Assembly: GCF_018350175.1 (NCBI RefSeq)
Contig: NC_058369.1
Span: 1,426,001 to 1,490,000 of the forward strand
Direction of reading: 5' to 3'
DNA: 64,000 nucleotides
Source of the DNA: Felis catus
Taxonomy: Eukaryota
Position numbers and translations under genes: made by a program. The notes under the pieces are model-generated. The model was given only the letters and a program-made list of their open reading frames with translations, was not told the DNA's origin and did not search any database. Shown piece by piece: positions 1 through 28,073 of this stretch (positions are counted from its first letter, which is position 1; every line of letters begins with the position of its first letter).

Positions 1-2
1 CT

Positions 3-17052
<17,050 letters not shown>

Positions 17053-19948
17053 GATTCTACCTCAACCGTGAGACCTATGCACGCACGGGCTGGGCCGGCG
17101 GTGCGGCAGCGGCCACGGGACGGCGGGACAGACCGAGGACAGGGGACGAGGTTCTACTGTGAATCAGCGCTGCGCACACCTGCGGGAGATGCTGGGGCCT
17201 GGCTCCAGCTCGTACTGTTGATAGTTTTAGATAAAGTATTTATCGTTTTTTAAAAAGTATAAACATTCTGACTTATTTCACTCCACCGGAGTCGTAAAGG
17301 CGACCTATTGAGAAATGTAAATACTATATATGAGAGGATCTATATAAAGACGTCCACCCGAAGGACTGGCCCGCCCGCGGACACGCCGACCGCCGGTCCC
17401 GGTGCTATCTCGACGCGGGCCTCGCTGCCGCCTCGTCCTCTTGGTGCTGACTGGAGGTCGACCAACGCCAAACCCAGGCCGTGAGGCGCCTGCCCTGTTT
17501 GTCCCCGCCGCTCTTCCTATACCAAAGGCACGGCTGTCTCCAGGCGGGGGGTGGCTCGCTCTGTTGTGACATTCCTCAGAAGAAGCCCCCTCCCCATCAC
17601 TGTGAACGGCTCCCACCAGACTGTTGCGCCCCCCCCCCCCCCCCCCCCCGTCCTGGGATCAGCGCCTTTGGCATAGGAACGGCCGGTGGGCGTGGGAGGG
17701 CCAGGCCCTCCCCGCTCCTGCACGGAGCCCGTTCTGAGTGGTGCTCGCGAGGAAGGTCTGGTACCCGACTCCCCGCTGGCGTGGCCAGCTGGCGCGGCAA
17801 GTGCGTTTACTTTTGTGCGTCTCTGCTCGTCTGGGGCTCACGCCGCCGTCCACCAAAGCGCGTAGTAAGCTCACGGCACGTTGGCCGGTGACGTGGGGCA
17901 GGTTAGTCACGGGTGCCTGGTGTGTGTGTACAGAAGAGAGTCACGCTGATGAGTGACAGTATTTTATAGAGATGTGATGAAAATTTATAAATTTCATAGA
18001 CTTGACTTCATTTATTTTTAGATTGTATAACGCACAGTAAACTAAAAAAGAAAAGAGAAAAGTGAGGGGGGAAACCTTTCTATTTATTCAAGTGCACACA
18101 GTGGCAGGGGCCCAGGGCCGGCCCTCAGCCCCGGACTCTGCGTCACCGTGGCTCCCGGGGCAGAGCGGACAGGCCCCGCGTCCTGCCCGTGTCTCTCTGG
18201 CCAGTCGGCATTGCTGCTCCCGGTCTCAGCCGGCCCCTGCCCCGGAGCAGCCTTGATGGTGCTTGGGAATGAATGCACTGGGGGGGCAGGCGACCAGGGA
18301 AAAGTCAGGAGAGTCGTTTTAGATGTTTCCAGAGGTCGCCAGCAGGGTCCAGCATAGCAGTCTGTGACTGGTCCCGGGTCCCCCAGCTGACCAGTGCTGT
18401 GTCTCTCCACAGTCTTCAGAAGGGTGCCCCCCCCCCCCCCGAAGCCTTCCATCCCCTGAAAGGACCAACGTCAGCCAAGGTCCTGGGAGGGGACCTGAAC
18501 CCCAAGACGGGGGAGGGGTCAGAGCCCTGTCCTCAGGTGCTCCCACCCACCAAGGAACACAGGCAGCTTGCCTCTTTCTGAAGGTGGGCTGTGTGTAGGG
18601 TCTAACCTGTTGCTCAAGTGAAGGCCTTGAGCTCCTGCCTCGTCTGGTCTGGCCAGCAAGGCTGCCTCCCTCCAAGTGTGGATGTCAGGAGTCCTCTGCC
18701 TACCCGGGAGGGTCGGTGTGGTGGGCCGAGGCCAGGCCCCACTTCCTCCTCACCCCCGGGGGCGGGGCTGGAGCCAGCCTTTCTGGCGGGCGGGGCTGGA
18801 GGATGGTTTTCTGCCTCCCGCCACCTCAAGATGGCCGACCAGTCTATGCAGGGCAGGTCTGGCCACTGGCTCAGCTTTGGAAGTTGGCCGGACCCCTGGT
18901 TTCCACCAGCCAGACCCTCCCTGCAAGGGCCCTGCTCTCCTGCTTGCCCTGGGGGTGACGTCGCTGGTCCAGACCAATAGTTGAGGCAGAAGATGGTGCT
19001 CGTGATGGGTTCTTGAAATTGGCTCATCCTCCTGTAACTGGTGGTCATGGCTCCCTCCCTCTGGGCCGGTGCTCCCCGGCGTGTGAAGGTGCCGTGCCTC
19101 GCCCCTGTGAACCCCAAGCCCTGGCCTCCTGGACAAGGCGGTGTCTGCTCGGCCTCTCTGAGAGGGTGCCCTCCCACCCCGTGTCAGGAGCCCAGGGCTC
19201 CCTAAAAACTACAGGGTGCGCAGCGGAGAGGTCACGGCACAAGTCCCTGGTCTAGAACAGGGCAACCCCGTACACAAACACTGCATCGCTTCGGGGGGGT
19301 CCCCAGCGACGTGCCATATGCACCCTCCCGATGGAAACGGCGCACACACACGAGCGTCGGTGTGCAATCTCAGCGGCCCCGCTGTCCCTGGCGGGTTAGG
19401 CTAGGGAGTCTCCTTCCTGAGCCCCTCGGCCCTCCTGACCGCGGGACCAGTCCCCCCCACCCCCGCCGCCAACAGCAAGCAAGGCCGGCTGTGGGAGGGA
19501 AGGCAGCGCGGCGGTGGTGCGCAAGGCCCCGGTGCCGCCGCTGACTGCGGGCACCTTCAGGGAAGTCCGGTGGGCCGCAGGGTGGCTCTGCTCAGGAAAA
19601 CCCAACAAGGAAAATGGCCCCCCGGGCAGTCGCCGTTTCTCACAGCTACAGACTGACGCGTGTGAGCCTCACGCGCCCCTCTTGATCCACACCGCTCGCT
19701 CCACAGCGGGACACGGTTCCTTTCCGGCCCCTGTCCTCCTCCCCATGGTCCAGCCACACTGGCTCGTTTTTCGTGTGTCCACCTTAATTTGTAACTCAGA
19801 TGGGGCTTCGCTTTGTGTTTCTGGTAGACTGTGTTTCAGTTGGGGGTGGGTGCTGGCATGGCCTGTCCCTCCCCGGGCTGCTGCCTCGACCCCCCCCCTG
19901 TCCTAAGAGAACCCCAACGCGCTCTGCATCTCCACCTCTAGGCGCTGT

Positions 19949-19954
19949 AATAAA
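19949..19954 (+). terminator. Probable distal poly(A) signal of DOT1L (3' UTR about 2.9 kb)
   Basis: Canonical AATAAA followed by T-rich sequence; the first I noticed downstream of the DOT1L stop at 17052. Confidence 0.65.
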
Positions 19955-20564
19955 ATACTTTTCATTTGAACCTGGTCTGCTGGAACCATTTCTTTCTGCT
20001 TACAACAGGGTGAGGGAGAGGCATGAGGGCCAGGGGCCACACTCCCCACTCCCCAAGTGGGAGGACTGGGGCTCGCAGAAGAAGCCCCCCAAGGCAGCCG
20101 TGAGACCATGACCATGAGCACCCATCTCAGGGAGGGCCCGGCCCGGCCCGCCCCGCCCCGCCCCGTCCGGCCTCGCCCTGCCTGTGCCTACACCTATGAA
20201 TAGGTCAGTGCAACCCAGCATGCTTCCCTTTTGAAGTAAAACCAACTAATTTAGGACTTTTACGTTGGCAAAATGCTTCCTGAGGTCCTGCCTGGACTCA
20301 AGGGAGGCCTGGGACCTGGAAGTGGGGTCCAGTCAGGATCACCTTAGGGTTCCTCACCCAGCCTCCCCATCTCTCCGTGGTCTGGTTCTAGGTCTCTCTG
20401 ATCCAGGCAGGCCAGCCCTTCCTCCCGGGGAACTTAAACCTCTGGCCTGGAGAGCACTGCTGTTCCATTTAGGCCCTGCTTCCTTCTGGAGCCGGCTCGA
20501 CCACCCGGCCCGCCAGCCCTCCACGTGTCCACTGCAGCACCGTCCCACGTGGAAAAGAGGTACC

Positions 20565-20570
20565 TTTATT
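20565..20570 (-). terminator. Probable poly(A) signal of PLEKHJ1
   Basis: TTTATT on + (AATAAA on -) about 530 nt downstream of the PLEKHJ1 stop. Confidence 0.65.
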
Positions 20571-21101
20571 TGAACAGAACAAGCACGCTGGCCTGAGTCA
20601 ATGCTTGCAGCTCCCCGCCCGGAGGCGCCCAGCCAGGGCTTGCCCGTCATCGGCAGGAGTAGAATTCACAGTGGCTCCAGGAGGCCCGGCCCCCACGCCC
20701 TTCACAGCATCATCTAGCTTCGTACATTCAGCCTGCACAGGGAAGCAGGGCTGCACCAGCCTTGGGCGCTTCAGGCCCCAGATGGATACACCCAAGGGCT
20801 GGGCACAGCTTCTGGGAGGGGACACTCATCCCCCGGTAGCAGCATGTGGCACCAGCAGGTGCCAGACCAATCTGGGGGAGGAGGGGGGGGTCGGGGGGGG
20901 GGGGGCCTGAGGCACCAGGGTGGGGGTGGGGGTGGGGTCACTGGGTTGTCTCTCCAACCTGCCCCCGCCCACCTCCACCAGTCTTGGGTTTCTGAAGTCT
21001 GCTGCAGCAAATCCAGGCTTGGCCAGGAACCCCAGGGCCTGGTGAGGACGGGGAGGGCTCTTCCAGCCCCAGTAGAAAAGCTGAAAAGCCCCACCGCACA
21101 C

Positions 21102-22786
21102 TCAGGCCTTCAAGCCACCCAGCTGGAACCTGGCCTCCTCGGAGATGCCAAACTGCTCCAGGGGGTCCTGTGCGGGTAAACAGGTGGTGTCAGCTCAGGC
21201 CCCAGAGGCCCCACTCCATCCCACCCCCGCCCCCAGCCCTCTGTGCACCTTGCCGGTCATTTTCTGGATCTCATTTCTGTAGAATATAAGGCTTCTCCGC
21301 ATGAACTCGTAGCTGGGGGAGAAAGCGACGTGTGCTCACAGAGTCCTGCTCTGCCCCCGGCCCAGACCGCCCCCCCCGCCCCACCGGGCCCACACCCCAC
21401 CTGGCTCGACGCAGAGCCCCCATCCACTCCTGACACTGTTCCTCACTGCGGCACTCAAAGTGATACTTCCTCTCCGGATCCTCGATGAAGCCTGCAAGGG
21501 GAGGCAGTCCCCATCTCATTCCCCGGCTCAACCCCCCCCCCCCACCTCCCCCTCCCCCTCAGGCCTCAGCTTCCCGCGACCTCTGTCCAAAACTGTCCCT
21601 TCCTCCAGTCCAAGCCCAGGCTCAGGACTTCTCACCAGCTGTGCCCTGGATGGAATTCTGTCCCTAAAACGGTACGTTCAAGTCTAGAACCTAAACACGT
21701 GACCTTATTTGAATACACAACAGTTACCAACGTAATAACTTACTATGAGATTAGACTACAACAAAACTTCCACCAAGTCTAACAGAATTTGTGTCCTTGT
21801 CAAAAATGAAAACCTAGACACAACCAAACAAGGAGAGTAAACCACGTGAGAATGAACACAGGCTGGGGGGACATGATTCTACAGAGAAGCGCGGGCAAGG
21901 AGCACCCTGGATCGCTGGCGACCCCCAGAAGTCAGGAAAGCATGGCAAAACGTCTTCTTAACAAGGAACCACCCCTGCACACACCCTGATCTCAGACTTC
22001 CGCCCTCCAGATCTGAGGGAGCACACGTTCCTGCCGTTTAAGCCCTTCACGTGTGGCATGGGAAACTTGTAGAAACTCCGTCTTTCCTCGCTGCCAACCC
22101 GACCCCCTCAGGACCCAGGAGGATGCTCCGCAGCGCCCAGAGGACGGCACCCGAGGGGTGCAGGGCTCCCCAGCGAGAGACAAAGTCCTAGTGGATCTGG
22201 GGCGGGCACCGCGGGGCGCTAGAATGCGGCGCCCGCCCAGCGGGAAGGCCCAGCTCGACCTTGGGCAGCCCGGGGCAGTGGACTTGATCTCGGCAGAGGC
22301 AGGCGGGGCAGGGCGGGGCTGGGGTCGCGGCCGGCCTCGTCCGCCACGCCCGACACTCACTGATGGAGAAGCCGCTGGGCTCTTCCTGGGTGACTCTGCA
22401 GTGCTCCAGCAGTAGGGCTCCGACGGGCTGCGGGAAGAGGAGGAGCAGGCGAGGGTGGGGGCGCGCCTCCGGGGGAACCCCGGCCCCCGTGCGCTCCAGG
22501 GCGCCCCCCGGGCGGCCTACCTCAGCCTCGTCCGTCCGAAAGTAGAAAAGGAAGTTGACCACCAGCTTCACCAGTCGCCGCTTCAGCACTGCGAGCACAG
22601 GGCAGGCTCGCGCGGGCTCGGTGGCCGCCCACCCCCGTCCGCCCGCCCGCCCGCGTCCCCCTGCGCCCGCCTCGGTGACCCGGCCCGCTCACCGCTGCCT
22701 TTCTTGGGGCCCCGCATGCCGAGCTCGGCCGCCAGCTCGGCCGGCTGCCGGGAGAGCGCCTGCAGCTCCTTCTCGTTGTAGCGCAT
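21102..22786 (-). CDS. PLEKHJ1: Pleckstrin homology domain-containing J1, 149 aa
   Basis: Exons (-): 22786-22693, 22588-22521, 22427-22361, 21491-21401, 21312-21249, 21167-21102; total 450 nt. MRYNEKELQALSRQPAELAAELGMRGPKKGSVLKRRLVKLVVNFLFYFRTDEAE...DPLEQFGISEEARFQLGGLKA*. Confidence 0.96.
21630..22075 (+). mobile_element. MaLR (MLT1-like) solo LTR in PLEKHJ1 intron 3
   Basis: Abrupt AT-richer block with MLT-type motifs (gtgaccttatttg; accctgatctcagacttc...tccaga; gtttaagcc). Family assigned from memory. Confidence 0.6.
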
Positions 22787-22789
22787 GGC

Positions 22790-23380
22790 GCCGCCCGGAC
22801 CCAAAACACGGAGCGCGAGCCGCGCCCTCCGGACCGCCGGCCGCCCTCGCGCCAGAAAAGTCCCACAGCGCCGTCCTCCCGGAAGTACTACCGCAGCCAT
22901 TGCGCTTGCGCGCCGCCGAACCACCCATCCCGTCGACCTCGGGCGCGCGTCGCGCAGGAGACAGTAAACAAAACAGACGATCGTCACATATAACTGCGCA
23001 ACAAGCTGGATCCGGGGTGGGAACAGAGTAAGGTGCCCTCACGACCAGTGGCGCCCTTTGCCGAAGCGGACAGAAGCAGGCGGAGCGGAACGAGTCGCAA
23101 CCCGACCTCCCGCGAGACCTGAGCCCGCGCGAATTAGAGCCACCGAGAAGTCGTCAAGAGGCTGGTGCGCACGCGCACTTAGAATCCCGGCCCATACTCT
23201 CAGTCCCGCCCCCTTTTCTCGCGCCTCCCGAGCCTCCGGCCCACCTCTCCGGCCTGGGCGGGCATGCGCACTCGGGAGGCCCTGCCCGCTTCGTCCCCGG
23301 AAGTATTTCCCTAGGATGAGATGCGCTTGCGCGTAACGTAGTCGTAGTGGCGGCGGGCGCGGAGTGAGGAACGGAGCACG
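22790..23380. promoter_or_regulatory. CpG-island bidirectional promoter of PLEKHJ1 (-) and SF3A2 (+), including non-coding SF3A2 exon 1 ending at 23380
   Basis: CpG-dense; ETS/GABP CCGGAAGT at 22879 and 23297; NRF1-type motifs at 22901, 23166, 23260, 23322; donor ACG|GTGAGG at 23381. Confidence 0.8.
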
Positions 23381-23387
23381 GTGAGGG

Positions 23388-23389
<2 letters not shown>

Positions 23390-23422
<33 letters not shown>
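23390..23422 (+). repeat. G33 homopolymer at the start of SF3A2 intron 1
   Basis: 33 consecutive G starting 9 nt after the donor GT. Confidence 0.9.
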
Positions 23423-23424
<2 letters not shown>

Positions 23425-26400
23425 GAGGCCCTGGCTTCCCTGGACGGGAGCTTACGCGGGCGGCGGGGGGTGTGAGCGAGGGCCGGGCGGCTTTGGGGTT
23501 CCCGACGGCCGCGCGCCAGGAGAGCCAAACGAGTCCCGCGTCCTCGGAAGTCTCTCCGTAGGCCCGTGGGATCGGGTCGGGTGGCGGCTCACATGGTGCC
23601 CTCAGCGCCCCTAGGACCCCTGCGAGCACTGGTTTGCGGCTCTTCGCCGTGGTTGTGCGGTCCTGAGTCTCTCGGGTCCGGGAAGCGTCCATGCCCGCCC
23701 CTGTTGTGTGGGGGATATAACGGCCGCCCCGGGCCCGCCGAGTAGGGAGCGCGGTCCTGGGGGCGGGGCGCTCGGCGCCGCCCCAGGCGGCCAGAGCCCG
23801 TTAACTGGCCCTGGTCAGACTCGCGTGTCCGGGGCTGCTTTCCCTGGCCGAGAGGAGCTGGCGCTGATCATCCGCTTGCTAGCTTCCCGCTCCCTCGTTG
23901 GGCCCCGGAGGCCGCCTCCCTCTCCGTAAAGCGAGCCCTTGCTTTTGTAAGGAGCGGGTCTCTCTGGCCGTGTGGGTTTGGGGCCTGACCTGATGACTTC
24001 TCTGATGATTGGTGGGTCTTGTTTTCTGCCTCCCGCCCACCCACGGCAGCTTCCCCTTCCGCTCTCTGAATGCGTTTTCTGCAGTTTTAGCGACATCGTT
24101 AGACCTGTTTCCTGAGGCTGAAAGTATTCTCCGCTGCGAAGGCAATTATCGGGGTCACTTGTGTGCTTTTCTTCCATTGTTCTCCCTTCCCCCCCCCCCA
24201 AAAAAAGCCCCTAACTTTTGCATTTTTCCTGTTAGCCTGGTTTTCTTGACCTGTTAAGTTTTTTCCTCGAAGCTCCCAACATCTCAACACGTATTGATTG
24301 TATTTTTCCCTGGGTTTTAACAAATTGTTTCCTCGTCCCTCACCCACCTCCACCCCCAGCACAGAAGCATCCCCTCAGAGGCTGGCACGTGCCTGCTTCT
24401 GTCCCCTGCAGCGGAGCAGCTGTCTAGAACTTTCTGTGCGTGTTCTCCTGAGTTGGCTTCTGTTTTCAGTCGGATCATCTGTTTGTTTTCCTTCGTTGTG
24501 TCGGGATGCATCTCCAGATAGCTTTCAAAGGAATTGATTTTGAGTCCTTGGTTATTTCCTTACCCTCGCGGTTGGAAATTGGAGTGTAAAAGTCTAGGTT
24601 GAAAATTCATCTCGAGACTGAGAAAATGTTGCTTATCTCTCTGGTCTGATTCTCCTTTGGTGTCTGACCTTTTGTTTCTGTTTTCTTCCTTTGATAGAAA
24701 CTGGAGGTTTTCCTTGGTTGTGTAGAGTTTCACGATTGTTTTCATTGATGGGTTTTTGTTTGTTTGTTTCTCTCTGAACTGTCAGATTCCCTCAGCCCTG
24801 GGATATTGTTTCTCTCTCTGGTAGGGCTTCCCGTGCTGCTTTCTATTATTGCTCTGAAATTTGACCCATTTCCCCCTCTTTTATTCCCTTTTGTAAAAGG
24901 CTTGCTTAATTCGTGCTTCCAAGCTCTCGTGTTCTGTGTTTTGTTTGGATCGTTCCGTGTTTCTGAAGTTCCCTTCTGGTTTTAATTCGCCTTGCTAACT
25001 TTTGGCGGGTTGCACTGCTTTCGTGGTGTAGCGCCCTGTCCGGTAACCAAGGAGGACGCTGCCGTCATCTGGGGAGGTTTCCCTCAGGTTTCTTTCTTTC
25101 TCTTCTTCCTTTCTTCATTTCCTTTTCCTTTTCCTTTTCCTTTTCCTTTCCTTCCTTTCTTGATACATGGGGTTTTTCATATCTGGTTATGTTTGAATTG
25201 CCAGCTTCACTTAGTGAGTCTCACTGCCCGGCCAGCCTGGGAAGGCGCTGGTGTTCTCTCCGGGGCGTGCGAGACCCCAGCGGCCAGAGTCCCAGGAGCT
25301 GGTCTCTGGTGCTCTTGCTGGGGGCCTCCAGCTGGCCCTGCTGGGCAAGGCGTGGGGGAAGGGCAGGCTGCCTGCTCTTTGGTGGGCAGGTTTTGATGGG
25401 ATTCCCTCTTTTCGGCCTGGCCCTCCCTCCTCTCCTGGACTCTCCCCCACAGTGCCAGCCCAAGTGCAGTGTCCCTTCGTTCCAGTCCTTCTGACGATGA
25501 AACTCCGGTCTGTGCGAGCAGTCTGTCGAGGCCCCTGGGCACGAGATCTCTTGGGGATGGAGGCAGGGACAGGGATGACGTGTGCAGTGCGCTGCTAGGA
25601 ACCAGCGGTTTGGGTCTCTAGTGGTCGCTGGTTTCCCTCTGACGTGGCGACCAGTTCAGTATCTGAGTCGGGTTTCCCTGAGCTGACACCCGCGGGGCAC
25701 ACTCCCCAGCCGGCCTCTAGCATTCGAGGGCCTTATCTCGCCATTAAGAAGGAACCGGGCTCATCACCAAACTTGTGGGAACCCTTGGCTTTGTTAAAAC
25801 GTTGCCTTCCGAGTCACTTGGGCAGCTCTTTGCTCCCACTGGGTCCGTGGAGTGTTCTGGAAGCGTCCCCCACGTAACACATGACGGGAAACAAGGCATC
25901 AGCACAAGCTGTGTCCTGGGCCTTGAGCTTGTGTCGTCCTCTCCTCTGCAGACGGGGGGACACCGCTTCCTCCTGAGTCCGGCCCTGACTCCGGAGAGTT
26001 GCCTTTGTTTTCTGTTTCTGGCAACAGCCATCCTGATGGGCGGGAGGCAGTGCGTCCGTGTGGTTCTGATTTGCGGTTCCCTGGGGACAGTGACGTTGAG
26101 CACGTTTTCATCTGCTGTCAGCTGCTGCTCACTTGATCGGCACACGCCCCCCCACAGGCACCCCATTTCATTGTTTGGGTGAACGCTCTCCCGTAATGTC
26201 CTTGAGAAGGTGGGAGGCTCCTCACGGAGGCCCGTAAGTCACTCAAGACCTATGGGAGAGACCTCCCCAGCCCCGGCCGTGCTGCGGGCAGCAGCGAGGG
26301 CCAGTCGTGTCCCTCTGTGCTCCCCCCTCCCCCCCTGACCCCAGGAGTTTCTCACCACTTCCCCCAGAAATGCTGGAGTCTCCCAAGGCACAGCGGGCGC

Positions 26401-26894
26401 TTCACGGCAGATGCCGGCACAGCTCAGCCCCTGGCAGGGCCTCCCCCGCGGAGCCTGTGACCAGGTCTGGCAGCCAGGACCACGGGGATCCCCCCTGGGA
26501 GGGTTGGGGTGCAGCTTTCCCTGGGCTCGCCGCAAACGGCACAGGTGGCGAGGCAGCGGGGGTTCCGTGGGCCGATGCGCTTGCCTCCCTGGCGGGGGGT
26601 GCTCCTGGCGTTGTGCCCTCTTCTCAGGACCAAGTGCCGTGTGATGGAGCGATTGGGATAGTTGGCGGTGCTTGGCCTCCGCACTTGGCCTGACAACGTT
26701 TCCAAGTGGGAGGCTCCAGGCGTCCTTCTGTAATACAGGGTCTGACCCTGTGACCCGTATAACTGCCCTGAGTCGGCAGCCATCCGGAAGGTCGCGTTGC
26801 TGGTTCCCGGGTCATCCAGAGGATAAGAACCGGGCCAGGGAGAGGTCGAGGTTCCTCTAGAGTTACAGGGTGACTCCAAGGTCCACAGCACAGC

Positions 26895-27310
26895 TGGTCT
26901 GTACCCCCTGTGTTCCTTGCGTGTGGCCACTATAGCAAATCACCACCAAGTCAGTGGTTTAAGGGCTACAGACTTACTACTGTGCGGTTCTGGAAATCAG
27001 ACGTATAGAATGGAGGGCTGTGCTCCCTCTAGGGGCCCCAGGGAGCCCCGTCTCCCCCTTTTTCCGGCTTCCAGAGGCACCGCGTCCTCGGCCTGTGGCC
27101 CCTCCTCATCCTCGCGGCCGGCAGCACAGGGTCTGCCCGGCTCTCTGCCTCCGACCCTCTGCCTCCCTTGTGAGGACACTGGGCCCCTGGGGAACCCAGG
27201 GTCTCCCCCACTTGGGGACCTTGAATCGATCCCGCCTGCAAGGTCCTTTTTGCCATATGTGGTTCCACGTTTACTGTTTTGGGGATTAGAATGGGGGCGT
27301 CTTTGTGCGG
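26895..27310 (-). mobile_element. MLT1-like LTR fragment in SF3A2 intron 1
   Basis: Motifs caccacca..agtggtttaa, ggttctgga, cctgcaaggtcctttttgccatatg, gggattaga typical of antisense MaLR LTRs. Confidence 0.55.
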
Positions 27311-28073
27311 TCGTGTTCACTGCTGGGCCTGTCCCTGTGAGCTCACTTCTGCAGAGACAAGATAGTGTGGGTTTAAGCCAGCGGGGCTGATACTGACCAG
27401 TCAAGAGGGAGAGTGTTCAGAGACGAGAGAGAGGTGCCTGGGGGTTGGGTTTGAGCCGAGTCTGGATGAACGTGGGAGGCACTGTGGCAGGGAGTGGAAC
27501 AGGGTATCGAGGGCTCAGGGGAGCCCTCCTGGGCCACAGTCAGGTCTGGAACGTCCCTTGTGCGTTAGGAGGAACAGGTAGACGCTCTGCCTCCTCTCCA
27601 GCAGGTTTTCGGCTGAGCTACAGGACTCCGGAGAAGCGAGCAGACACAGAGACTTCGGGCCAAGGTCCGGGAAGGCTTCCTGAAGCAGGTGGCTTGGCCG
27701 TTCCTTCCTCGTTGCCCTTTTGGGTCTCGGAGCCTTTACACCTTTCGGGCTTCCGGGGGCTTCCTGTCCAGGCCTCCCCCAGGGCCAGGCATCCTGTTTA
27801 TCCTGTTCCTGGTTTGTGCGTGCCTGGGCCATTCTGGGCCCTCAGCCTACCTGAAGATTGGCGGGGGTGGGGGGCGATGAGGCTTGTCCCCATCAGGAGT
27901 TGGGGGGGGGTGGGAGACTATGGGGTGGGGGGCAGGGGGAGGGATGGGAGACTGTAGAGGGTGGGGGGGGGTGTCTCTCCTGCCCTGTCCCCTGCTGTGC
28001 CCTGCACTGTCACAGCCTCTCCTTTGTCCTTGCAGGTTTCTCCGGGGTCTGGTAAAGTCCCAAGGCCATCACC

